Of a DNA stretch of 46,501 nt, positions 9,060 to 17,331 are shown piece by piece (the stretch's first letter is position 1; each line of letters opens with the position of its first letter). A program made the translations under genes and the position numbers. The stretch is from IMG/VR virus record IMGVR_UViG_2711768023_000006, one strand, 5' to 3'. The stretch is from a virus (Duplodnaviria > Heunggongvirae > Uroviricota > Caudoviricetes). The notes under the pieces are model-generated. The model did no database searches. It was not told the DNA's origin and worked only from the letters and a program-made list of their open reading frames with translations.

Positions 9060-9593
9060 ATGATTGATGCAAAAGTGCTTGAAGGGGTTAAAAACTGGCT
9101 GTGTATTTATGGCCGCCTGACCTGCGGTGTACTGGCTGAAAAAATGAATATGCCGCCATCCTCCATGGTTTATTTTCTGCGTGATGCGGTTGATGCAGGC
9201 GTGCTGACGGAATGTAACGGTTTTTATGATATTCCGCGTCCCCGCCCGGTGCAGCCGGTTCGTCGCAAATGCAGCCAGGAATCTGCGGCTGATGATGTTC
9301 AGTGGTGCGGCTTCAGAAAATCCCTGCCATGGATTGAGGGGCATGATATTCCGTCGATGGCGTGGGAATTTGCTCAGGGCGTTCTGACCTGTGAAACCGT
9401 TTATGTGGTGGCTGAAGTTGATGAGCAGGCCATGAAAGAAGGCGTGCCCCAGTTTGTGATGGCGTATATCGACATACGCCTGGGCGTCATTATCTGCGGT
9501 TTAAGCGGCTGGAATATCACTGAACATGTTCTGCGCTACCTGATTGTTGACCGGACAGCAGCGCCTGCCGGGATATCTGCGGAGGTGGCGTAA
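9060..9593 (+). CDS. hypothetical protein
   Basis: 177-aa ORF in semi-essential early region. Confidence 0.4.
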   Translation: MIDAKVLEGVKNWLCIYGRLTCGVLAEKMNMPPSSMVYFLRDAVDAGVLTECNGFYDIPRPRPVQPVRRKCSQESAADDVQWCGFRKSLPWIEGHDIPSMAWEFAQGVLTCETVYVVAEVDEQAMKEGVPQFVMAYIDIRLGVIICGLSGWNITEHVLRYLIVDRTAAPAGISAEVA

Positions 9594-10108
9594 TGTTCTT
9601 TAAAACATCAAACCCTTCCGCGCTGGCTGCGTGGCAAAAATACCAGCAGGACTGCCAGAAAGTTAAGGATGAGGCAAAACGCCTTGAGGCCGTGCTGAAT
9701 GTTGCGTGCCGGTCGGTATTTGTATCCGGTATCAGTGGATTTTACTTTAAGGGACTGCGTTTTACGGAGGACAAATATCCTTTTCATCGCGACTTATGGC
9801 GAAAACCGACTGCGTCGAATGGCTGGAGCTGCACACCGCGCACATCACGTATCCCTAAAACCCTGCGTGTTGCCTCTGATGAACTGAACAGTCTGTGGCG
9901 TGAATATTCGCCCGTCACGTATGCCAGAACCGATGCGCTGTTGTTCTGGTTGGGTATTGATTTCTCGGCAATCCTGTTTGGCCCTGTGAAGTGGTTCTGC
10001 GTTGACGATGTGATTTACCTTCAGTGCGGCGTAAAACCCGCAAAACAGAAAATGACCGAAATACTGTCTGATGAGTTTTATGCTGCTGAAAAGCGAGTCA
10101 GGGGGTGA
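9593..10108 (+). CDS. hypothetical protein
   Basis: 171-aa ORF, start overlaps previous stop (TAATG). Confidence 0.4.
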   Translation: MFFKTSNPSALAAWQKYQQDCQKVKDEAKRLEAVLNVACRSVFVSGISGFYFKGLRFTEDKYPFHRDLWRKPTASNGWSCTPRTSRIPKTLRVASDELNSLWREYSPVTYARTDALLFWLGIDFSAILFGPVKWFCVDDVIYLQCGVKPAKQKMTEILSDEFYAAEKRVRG

Positions 10109-10111
10109 TGC

Positions 10112-10663
10112 ATGATGAAATTACAACCCATGGGACTAAAAGGTCGCGCCCCCGCTCATGTCCGTCCGTGGACACCTGAAGAAGATGCGCTGCTGATTGC
10201 GCTTTATTCATCCACCCCGGTTAAGGATATTGCTGCCAGAATAAAAAGAACTGTCTGGGCTGTATATAACCGGACTGGTGTATTGCGCAGTTCATACCCG
10301 GAGTTACTGAAATATAAACACCCAAGATTTACACCTGATGAAGATAAGTTTATTCGAAAAAATGCCAGAACAATGACCTGCCAGCAAATGGGAGAATATC
10401 TCGGACGTAATAAAGATTCTGTCAGATGTCGGGCAGGAATGATTGGTGCTGGATTAACAAAGTGCGGAGAGTTACGCCCCGGCACGCGCATATCTGATGA
10501 TGATGTACGTCTTATACGTGAGCTGCGTGATTCCGATTACCCACGCCGTCTGTCATTCCGGGAAATTGGCGAAAAGTTTGGAATATCTGAACATTCTGCT
10601 CACGCAGTTTATTACCGTCGCCGGACTGCCGAGGACGCTGTATTACGGGAGTTAACGCCATGA
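10112..10663 (+). CDS. hypothetical DNA-binding protein with three HTH/Myb-like repeats
   Basis: Repeats WTPEEDALLIALY...RTVWAVYNR / FTPDEDKFIRKNA...SVRCR / ISDDDVRLIRELRD...FGISEHSAHAVYYRR. Confidence 0.45.
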   Translation: MMKLQPMGLKGRAPAHVRPWTPEEDALLIALYSSTPVKDIAARIKRTVWAVYNRTGVLRSSYPELLKYKHPRFTPDEDKFIRKNARTMTCQQMGEYLGRNKDSVRCRAGMIGAGLTKCGELRPGTRISDDDVRLIRELRDSDYPRRLSFREIGEKFGISEHSAHAVYYRRRTAEDAVLRELTP

Positions 10664-10992
10664 TAACGACCTTATTTGTTGAATCAGATGAACCTCTTGT
10701 GTGTGCCGCCGGAATGCCGCTCTGTGGCGGAACGCTGACCGGCGTTTATTTCGGGGATTTGCGCGGTTATCCCTGGCATTCACTGGATGACGCATTTCCG
10801 CCTGATATGGAGGCTGTCGTGCTGATTGTTCAGTATGGTGACCAACAGGAACTGCGCATCGGCCATATGGGGTATGAAGGCTTTTTTATTGATGAAGAAA
10901 CCGGAGCCTGCCTTGAAGATGAGGACGGACAGGTGACGCACTGGTGCCATCTTTCGGCCTTGCCGGAATTACAGGGGATACATAATGGATGA
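10660..10992 (+). CDS. hypothetical protein
   Basis: 110-aa acidic ORF, overlapping coupling with neighbours. Confidence 0.4.
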   Translation: MITTLFVESDEPLVCAAGMPLCGGTLTGVYFGDLRGYPWHSLDDAFPPDMEAVVLIVQYGDQQELRIGHMGYEGFFIDEETGACLEDEDGQVTHWCHLSALPELQGIHNG

Positions 10993-11128
10993 GCAAATTG
11001 TTGAATGTCCCACCTGTGGAAATGAGGACCCGGAGTATCTGAAAGAGTGCCCACATTGTGGTGAGATAAAATGTAACCACTGCGATATGGGCGACGACAC
11101 TGCATGTATAAATTGTGAGGATGAATAA
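10985..11128 (+). CDS. small zinc-ribbon protein (47 aa, four CxxC motifs)
   Basis: MDEQIVECPTCGNEDPEYLKECPHCGEIKCNHCDMGDDTACINCEDE*; below the ORF-track size cut-off, fills gap between flanking genes. Confidence 0.5.
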   Translation: MDEQIVECPTCGNEDPEYLKECPHCGEIKCNHCDMGDDTACINCEDE

Positions 11129-11129
11129 T

Positions 11130-11417
11130 ATGGAAAAAGAAATCAAATTTGCGCCTAAATCTATCGACGAAGAACTGGCTAAAATCGGCATGCTTGAACG
11201 TATGCGGGACATTATCGAATATGCGATAAAAGAAAATCTTGCAGCCAGAGAAGCCCTTTTGATAATGGAGCGGGAGATTAACCTGATTAAGGATGCTGTA
11301 TCTCTGGATAATAAAATAGCCCGCGAGGAATACGTTCGCCGTAGGCTCGGTGTTGATGGTTCAGCAATTCTTACATCTGAACATTATGCAAAAATTTTTA
11401 ATCTTTTTCAGCGGTAA
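11130..11417 (+). CDS. hypothetical protein
   Basis: ATG at 11130 with RBS GAGGA; coiled-coil-like sequence. Confidence 0.45.
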   Translation: MEKEIKFAPKSIDEELAKIGMLERMRDIIEYAIKENLAAREALLIMEREINLIKDAVSLDNKIAREEYVRRRLGVDGSAILTSEHYAKIFNLFQR

Positions 11418-11637
11418 TCCCCATACAGGCCCGGAGATTGTCGAAATGCCAGTCGGTATTAATATATGAGCCATCCTGGATATCTTCTGCATTTTCCGGG
11501 GTAGAGTTTTTTTGAGCGAGATTGATAATATGTATTGCCTCCTCACGGGAAATCAGCCCCTTATCGAACAGGGTTACCATAAGATTTCCAGCCATTGTGA
11601 ATGCGGCAACATCAAGTGCATTTTTTATATCTGACAT
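11398..11637 (-). CDS. hypothetical protein encoded antisense to the early operon
   Basis: 79-aa ORF with RBS AAGGA 6 nt upstream of ATG on minus strand; no plus-strand ORF covers 11418-11707. Confidence 0.45.
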   Translation of the reverse strand: MSDIKNALDVAAFTMAGNLMVTLFDKGLISREEAIHIINLAQKNSTPENAEDIQDGSYINTDWHFDNLRACMGITAEKD

Positions 11638-11665
11638 AGATTTTTCCTTTTATGTTAATTGACAT

Positions 11666-11693
11666 GGCGGTGCGGTAACACCGCCCATTTTTT
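11666..11693 (+). terminator. Rho-independent terminator-like hairpin
   Basis: GGCGGTG-CGGTAA-CACCGCC followed by ATTTTTTAT. Confidence 0.5.
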
Positions 11694-11707
11694 ATGGAGC
11701 CACGATA

Positions 11708-12281
11708 ATGAATCGCGCTTCCCTGATTACCTTAATACATGTCGCAAAACGCGATCTACAGCTTGACCATGATACCTATACATCCGCGCTGCTGGCAGCC
11801 ACCGGCAAATCCAGTTGCCGTGATATGTCACCCGGTGAGTTATCCCGCGTGCTGGATGTTTTCAAAAAACGCGGTTTTAAAGTGCGTCAGAAGCCGGTTA
11901 ACCGGGCCTTAAAACCGGGTACGGTGACCGCCAAAATTCGCGCCATCTGGAAAGTGATGCACCGGCAGGGATTTATCTCTGATGGCGGGGAAACGGCCCT
12001 TAACCGCTGGGTGAAATCGCAGACGGCCGCGCNNNNNNNNNNNNNNNNNNNNNNNNNNNNNNNNNNNNNNNNNNNNNNNNNNNNNNNNNNNNNNNNNNNN
12101 NNNNNNNNNNNNNNNNNNNNNNNNNNNNNNNNNNNNNNNNCCCGCGCTGGCCTCTGATGTGCTGGAGCGTCTCAAACGCTGGCACCGCCGCAAAATGCTG
12201 GCAGCCCTGGATATGTCGGAACGTGCAGTGATGAGTTATGAGCGTGTTTGCAGGCTGTATGAAAAATCATTCCCCCGTTAA
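11708..12281 (+). CDS. gemA: GemA/gp16-like protein (interrupted by 108-N assembly gap)
   Basis: MNRASLITLIHVAKRDLQLD... N-terminus; C-terminal frame after the gap ends at 12279-12281; true length unknown. Confidence 0.55.
12033..12140. other. Assembly gap (108 N)
   Basis: Run of n characters inside gemA. Confidence 0.99.
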
Positions 12282-12285
12282 CCCC

Positions 12286-12317
12286 AAATCCCGCCACAGC
12301 GCGGGATTTTTATTTTA
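12286..12317 (+). terminator. Rho-independent terminator after gemA
   Basis: Perfect 9-bp stem AAATCCCGC/GCGGGATTT, 6-nt loop, then TTATTTT. Confidence 0.7.
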
Positions 12318-12351
12318 AACTTGCCCTGTGTAATGATGACCGGAGGCGGGT

Positions 12352-12774
12352 ATGGCTGAAACACAGATGAGCATGTTTGGTGACAGCGAACAGCTGCACG
12401 CGCTGATTGACCGTCTGGATGATATTCCTGATGATGAGCTGAAAAAGAACTGGCCCGGCACGCTGCGGGACCTGGTTGATGTGATCAGTGCTGAACTGCA
12501 CCGTCAGGGGATTGAACCTGCTCAGGCGGGAATGCTTGCCCGTAAGGTTGCAGCCGCACAGGCCGGGTACATGGGCGGGCGTGGTTATTATCTCCCGGTC
12601 GGTGAATCCCTTTTCACCGAACTGCGCAATAATGAAATTTTTTCCCGCTGGAGCCAGGGCGAAAAAATTGAAACCCTGCGCCGCCACTACCAGATGTCAG
12701 AGACGCAGATTTACTCCGTTATCCGCAACCAGCGTCGCCTGCATCAGGAACGCACGCAGCCACGGCTTTTCTGA
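12352..12774 (+). CDS. Mor/C-family late transcription activator
   Basis: 140 aa; C-terminal HTH ...ETLRRHYQMSETQIYSVIRNQRR resembles Mu Mor/C; sits between gemA and lysis genes. Confidence 0.7.
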   Translation: MAETQMSMFGDSEQLHALIDRLDDIPDDELKKNWPGTLRDLVDVISAELHRQGIEPAQAGMLARKVAAAQAGYMGGRGYYLPVGESLFTELRNNEIFSRWSQGEKIETLRRHYQMSETQIYSVIRNQRRLHQERTQPRLF

Positions 12775-12845
12775 TATTCCGCAAATCCTGCCCCCTTTTC
12801 CTCACGGTTACGCTGACTCAGAGAACACCATGAGACAGCGTAACA

Positions 12846-13346
12846 ATGCCAAAACTCCCCGCACCCCTGCGTAAAAAGCTGATTGCCCTTGTTCTGGCCG
12901 GAGCCGGGACGTTCACCATTGCCACGCACTACACCGGCTACTGGGAAGGGAAAGAAAACACCACGTACATTGATCCCACCGGCACCCCCACCATCTGTTA
13001 CGGCCATACCGGCCCGGATGTGAAACCGGGGATGACAAAAACTGATGAAGAGTGTCTGGAGCTGCTGGAAAAGGACATGAAATGGGCCTTTGCGGCTATC
13101 GATCGTCATGTTCAGGTGCCGCTTACCCGTGGTCAGACGGTGGCGCTGGCCTCCTGGATTTTCTGGGCCGGTGAAACGAACTTTCGCAACTCCACGCTCC
13201 TGCGCCTTATCAATGCCGGGCAGATGCCCGCGTCCTGTAAGCAGTATATCCGCTGGATTTATTCAAAGGGGGTAAAACTCCCCGGTCTTGAGGCCCGCCG
13301 TTCGGCGGATGAATGGTTATGTCGTTACGATTTGCCGAAAGTCTGA
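12846..13346 (+). CDS. lys: Endolysin, T4-lysozyme-like (GH24), probable SAR type
   Basis: N-terminal hydrophobic stretch LIALVLAGAGTFTIA then catalytic E-8aa-D-5aa-T motif (YWEGKENTTYIDPTGTPT). Confidence 0.8.
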   Translation: MPKLPAPLRKKLIALVLAGAGTFTIATHYTGYWEGKENTTYIDPTGTPTICYGHTGPDVKPGMTKTDEECLELLEKDMKWAFAAIDRHVQVPLTRGQTVALASWIFWAGETNFRNSTLLRLINAGQMPASCKQYIRWIYSKGVKLPGLEARRSADEWLCRYDLPKV

Positions 13347-13458
13347 ACCGCTTCTGGCGACCGCTCATGATTGCGCTGCTGTGTGCCGTTGTGCTGCTGC
13401 GGGGTGTGCTGTGTCTGCGGTGAACAATCCCTTACCGGCCCTGATTGCCGGAGGCTGT

Positions 13459-13809
13459 ATGGCGGCGCTGGGGGTGATGAGCGTGCTGGCTGCCGTGGTA
13501 TGGGGAATGCACCAGAAGACGCAGCGCCTTGAGGACAATAATCATGTGCTTGTGCGTGAACGGGACGAAGCCCGTCTGGTGCTGGCAAACCAGCAACGCA
13601 CCCTGCAACTCATTTCACAAATCAGCAAGGCGGCCACGAATGAAAAACAGCAGAACATGCAGCACAGCGAGGAACAGCAGAGCATTGTCCGCCGGTCACT
13701 GGCAACGGTGCCTGCTGCCGCTGTGCCTGTGCCTGATGATGTGGCTGACCGGGTGCGGCGGGCCGTCTGTGAAATACGTGCCGGTGAAGCCGGTGCCGAT
13801 CCCCGCTGA
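13459..13809 (+). CDS. Putative i-spanin (Rz-like); start uncertain
   Basis: N-terminal TM AALGVMSVLAAVVWGM then coiled-coil/charged periplasmic region; ORF-track start 13288 overlaps endolysin. Confidence 0.5.
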   Translation: MAALGVMSVLAAVVWGMHQKTQRLEDNNHVLVRERDEARLVLANQQRTLQLISQISKAATNEKQQNMQHSEEQQSIVRRSLATVPAAAVPVPDDVADRVRRAVCEIRAGEAGADPR

Positions 13810-14011
13810 ATGGCTGGCTGACTGCCTGGTCCCTCCCGCGCCGCAGCCGTTCACGTTTGGTGCATCGGTCACTTACAACCTGCAACTGCTGGCGGTGATT
13901 AAAAACTGCAACGTGGACAAGGCCAGCATCCGCCGTCTGGAGACACAGCGACAGCATGAATTTACTGATATGGCCGGAACGACTGCTGTTCCGGCAGGAA
14001 AGACGAAGTAA
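13640..14011 (+). CDS. Putative o-spanin lipoprotein (Rz1-like), overlapping i-spanin in another frame; start uncertain
   Basis: Lipobox LTGC (Cys codon 13751-13753) followed by proline-rich stretch PVKPVPIPAEW...PPAPQPF. Confidence 0.45.
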   Translation: MKNSRTCSTARNSRALSAGHWQRCLLPLCLCLMMWLTGCGGPSVKYVPVKPVPIPAEWLADCLVPPAPQPFTFGASVTYNLQLLAVIKNCNVDKASIRRLETQRQHEFTDMAGTTAVPAGKTK

Positions 14012-14021
14012 GGAAAAAGGT

Positions 14022-14249
14022 ATGGATGATTCAGATTGTGCTCAGGCAGTCATGGAGCGTGCAACAGAACGCGCCCTTTGTGACCGGCTGACACGTAAGC
14101 GCCGGGTGGCGGAGACACCGGGCAGGCGTGTATGCGCGGACTGCGGGGGTGACATTCCGGCTGCCCGTCTGGTTGCCGTGCCGGATGCCATCCGTTGTGT
14201 GAACTGCCAGAACATCATGGAGGCCGGTCATGTGGGTCAGCATCGTTAA
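14022..14249 (+). CDS. TraR/DksA-family C4 zinc-finger protein
   Basis: CADCGGDIPAARL...RCVNCQ motif; RBS AAGGAAAAAGG before ATG at 14022. Confidence 0.65.
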   Translation: MDDSDCAQAVMERATERALCDRLTRKRRVAETPGRRVCADCGGDIPAARLVAVPDAIRCVNCQNIMEAGHVGQHR

Positions 14250-14541
14250 AGATTATGTCGTGCCGATCCTGTCGGCAACGGCCACAGCCGGGGGGATCTT
14301 CATGGCGCTGATGCGCAAAACCTTTGTCCCCCGCGAGGCCTTTGAAAAACTCTCCGACCGGGTTGAGCGGGTGGAGAGCCGGATTTCCGGCCTGCCCACG
14401 CAGCAGGAGGTGAACAGACTCAATATCGAAATCACCACCCTGCGCGGTGAGCTTAAGGCCACCAATGCCACCCTGAAATCCGTCTCCCATCAGAACGAAC
14501 TGCTGCTGGAGCAGGCTGTAAGGAAAAAACACAATGAGTGA
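14230..14541 (+). CDS. Small membrane protein, possibly lysis-associated (holin/releasin-like)
   Basis: N-terminal TM VVPILSATATAGGIFMALM followed by coiled-coil region. Confidence 0.35.
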   Translation: MWVSIVKDYVVPILSATATAGGIFMALMRKTFVPREAFEKLSDRVERVESRISGLPTQQEVNRLNIEITTLRGELKATNATLKSVSHQNELLLEQAVRKKHNE

Positions 14542-14824
14542 TTTCATTACTGAAGATCAGCGTCTTGTCATTCTGCGGTCGCTGGCGGATTACAACGGCG
14601 AACTGGGCGAATCCGTGCTTCAGGACTGCCTGGATGATTACGGTCACCGCGTGTCCCGCGACACCGTTCATACCCACATTGCCTGGCTTGCCGAGCAGGG
14701 ACTGGTGCGTAAGCGCACGCTTGTTAACGGTTATTTCATCGCTGAACTGACCGGCCGGGGTCAGGATGTGGCGGAAGGCCGCGCCACCGTTCCGGGTGTG
14801 AAGAAACCACGCGCAAGGGGGTAA
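14534..14824 (+). CDS. hypothetical protein (Mu gp26 position)
   Basis: 96-aa ORF upstream of terminase module. Confidence 0.4.
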   Translation: MSDFITEDQRLVILRSLADYNGELGESVLQDCLDDYGHRVSRDTVHTHIAWLAEQGLVRKRTLVNGYFIAELTGRGQDVAEGRATVPGVKKPRARG

Positions 14825-14826
14825 CG

Positions 14827-15408
14827 ATGGATAAGCCAGCGCGTGGCCGTGTACGCAAGGTGGATTTGCTCCCCGACAGCATCCGTAAGCCGCTGCTGGA
14901 AATGCTGCGTGAAAAACGTCTGACGCAGGTCCAGATCCGCGAGGAAATCAACCGTCTGATCCGTGAAGCAGGTCTGCCGGAAGAGCAGCAGCTCTCACCG
15001 GCGGCCATCAGCCGGGAAGCCTCCCGTAATGAGCTGATTGCCCGTAATCTGCGTGATTTACGCGAGCAGACAAAAGCCATGATGGCCGAACTGGGGGATA
15101 AGCCGACCGGTGAAACCACGGCACTGATTCTGGAGATGTCCCGTGCCCTGATGTACCGCCGTCTGCGTGCCGCCACCGAATCCCTGAACAGCGACAGCGA
15201 TGTGGATATGCGCCTTATTAAGGACATCCTCCTGTCGGCACAGCGTGCAGAAAGTGCCGCCGAGCGCAGCATTAAGCGTGAAAAAGAAATCCGGGCCGCA
15301 TTTGCTGAAGAGATGGCGAATGCGGTCACCGATGAGTTGCGCGGCGTGGATGGCATGAGCGAGCAGATCGAATTCCGTATCAGGCAGATGCTGCTGGGTA
15401 AGGCGTAG
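14827..15408 (+). CDS. Putative terminase small subunit (Mu gp27-like)
   Basis: 193-aa protein immediately upstream of large terminase. Confidence 0.5.
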   Translation: MDKPARGRVRKVDLLPDSIRKPLLEMLREKRLTQVQIREEINRLIREAGLPEEQQLSPAAISREASRNELIARNLRDLREQTKAMMAELGDKPTGETTALILEMSRALMYRRLRAATESLNSDSDVDMRLIKDILLSAQRAESAAERSIKREKEIRAAFAEEMANAVTDELRGVDGMSEQIEFRIRQMLLGKA

Positions 15409-15418
15409 GAGGTGAATC

Positions 15419-15667
15419 ATGGCAACAGATAACCGCTCACTGATGAGCAGTGCCCATCAGAAAGCATTCAGTCTTGCAACACAGTTACCTCCTGAAACCA
15501 TAAAGGTATGTCGTGAGTTGACTGAACTCAGCATTGCCGGGGAAATATCCCTGGAACAACTGCATTCGCTGCTGGCAGAGGCTGCCACTGATGAGTTGAG
15601 CGGCGTGGACGTGATGACTGAAGAGCTTGAGTCCCGAATCAAAAGCATTCTGACAGGTAAAGCATGA
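15419..15667 (+). CDS. hypothetical protein sharing C-terminal motif with upstream gp27-like protein
   Basis: C-terminus DELSGVDVMTEELESRIKSILTGKA versus DELRGVDGMSEQIEFRIRQMLLGKA in 14827-15408. Confidence 0.45.
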   Translation: MATDNRSLMSSAHQKAFSLATQLPPETIKVCRELTELSIAGEISLEQLHSLLAEAATDELSGVDVMTEELESRIKSILTGKA

Positions 15668-17331
15668 TGAACAAAGCCAGAGAAACGTCGCCTTCACTGA
15701 TGCAAATGACGCCTCCCCGCAAAATTGATCTGTCAGGTGAAAAAGCCCTGCTGGGCGTGGATGTGCCGGACAGCCTTGATTTGCCCGGTGATATGCCGGT
15801 GTTTCTGGATTATCAGGCCCGCTGGTTTGCAGATGAAAGTCAGGTCTGCATCGCGGAGAAATCCCGCCGCACCGGTCTTACCTGGGCGGAAGCCGGGCGT
15901 AACGTCATTACTGCTGCAAAACCGAAGCGTCGTGGTGGCCGCAATGTGTTTTATGTGGGATCAAAGCAGGAGATGGCGCTGGAATATATTTCTGCCTGCG
16001 CGCTGTTCTCCCGTGCCTTTAACCAGCTGGCAGATGCTGATGTGTATGAGCAGACATTCTGGGATCGGGATAAAAAAGAAGAAATTTTGACCTACATGAT
16101 CCGCTTTCCGAACAGTGGATTCAAAATTCAGGCATTGTCTTCCCGTCCGTCAAACCTGCGCGGCCTTCAGGGGGATGTGGTGATTGATGAAGCCGCGTTC
16201 CACGAGTCACTGGATGAGCTTCTCAAGGCGGCAATGGCGCTCACTATGTGGGGCGCGCGCGTGCGTATTATCTCCACGCATAACGGCGTCGATAATCTGT
16301 TTAATCAGTACATTCAGGAAGCCCGCGAGGGGCGCAAGGATTACAGCGTCCACCGCATAACCCTGGATGATGCCATTGCGGACGGGCTGTACCGTCGTAT
16401 CTGTTACGTCACCGATCAGGAATGGTCACCGGAAAGCGAGCAGAAATGGCGTGATGATCTCTACAAAAACGCCCCGACCCGTGAGGATGCCGACGAGGAA
16501 TACGGCTGTATCCCGAAAAAATCCGGCGGTGCCTATATCCCCCACGCGCTTATTGAAATGGCGATGATCCGCGACATCCCGATTCTGACGTTTGAAGCCC
16601 CGGACAACTTCATCAGCCGTGCCGCATGGCTGCGTGAATCGGAAGTTTTAACCTGGTGTGAAGAACATTTAAAACCGCTTTTAGAGAAATTAAATCCCCG
16701 TTCCCGCTTCAGCTTCGGGGAAGACTTTGCCCGCACCGGTGACCTGTCCTGCTTTGTGCTGCTGGAAATCACCGAATCCCTGGCAAAGCGCGAGGTGTTT
16801 CGCGTGGAGCTGCGCAACCTGCCGTATGCCCAGCAGGAACAGGTGATGATGTACATCCTGACCCGCGTTCCGGCGCTGGTCGGTGCGGCGTTCGACGCCA
16901 CCGGTAACGGCGGCTATCTGGCAGAGGCCGCACTGCTGGCCTTTGGCCCGGACATCATCGACTGCGTGATGTTGTCGCCGAAGTGGTACGGCGAGTGGAT
17001 GCCAAAACTGAAAGCCGAGTTTGAAGATCAGAATATCCTCGTCGCCCGCCATCAGACCACGCTTGATGATTTGCGCCATGTGAAGGTAGTGAATGGTATC
17101 CCGCAAATCGACAAGGGGCGCACGAAGGACCAGAACGCAACGGCTGCGAACGCCCGCCGCCATGGTGATTTTGCCGTGGCGCTCTGTATGGCAAACCGGG
17201 CGTCATACATGGAGGGCTTCATCCTGGATGAATCAGCCTGTCAGGCGCTACAGGAGCGGTCGCGGGCAATGGAGGGCGGTTATCGTGATGACGATGAGGC
17301 ATATCATGAATTTGATCGGGGGGGCTGGTAG
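15664..17331 (+). CDS. Terminase large subunit (Mu gp28-like)
   Basis: 555-aa protein at the position of Mu gp28, followed by portal gene. Confidence 0.8.
   Translation: MMNKARETSPSLMQMTPPRKIDLSGEKALLGVDVPDSLDLPGDMPVFLDYQARWFADESQVCIAEKSRRTGLTWAEAGRNVITAAKPKRRGGRNVFYVGSKQEMALEYISACALFSRAFNQLADADVYEQTFWDRDKKEEILTYMIRFPNSGFKIQALSSRPSNLRGLQGDVVIDEAAFHESLDELLKAAMALTMWGARVRIISTHNGVDNLFNQYIQEAREGRKDYSVHRITLDDAIADGLYRRICYVTDQEWSPESEQKWRDDLYKNAPTREDADEEYGCIPKKSGGAYIPHALIEMAMIRDIPILTFEAPDNFISRAAWLRESEVLTWCEEHLKPLLEKLNPRSRFSFGEDFARTGDLSCFVLLEITESLAKREVFRVELRNLPYAQQEQVMMYILTRVPALVGAAFDATGNGGYLAEAALLAFGPDIIDCVMLSPKWYGEWMPKLKAEFEDQNILVARHQTTLDDLRHVKVVNGIPQIDKGRTKDQNATAANARRHGDFAVALCMANRASYMEGFILDESACQALQERSRAMEGGYRDDDEAYHEFDRGGW

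Noticed and set aside
13288-13458. Extended N-terminus of the spanin ORF
   Set aside because: Overlaps the endolysin by 59 nt in another frame and has no RBS; the start was moved to ATG 13459 (RBS GGAGG), although GTG 13420 remains possible
14736-15356. 206-aa minus-strand ORF, and similar long antisense ORFs at 5417-5974, 16690-17163, 21575-22138, 28748-29545, 32920-33552
   Set aside because: They lie entirely within well-supported plus-strand structural or transposase genes, are Arg/Ser/Pro-rich as expected for antisense frames of GC-rich coding DNA, and lack credible ribosome-binding sites
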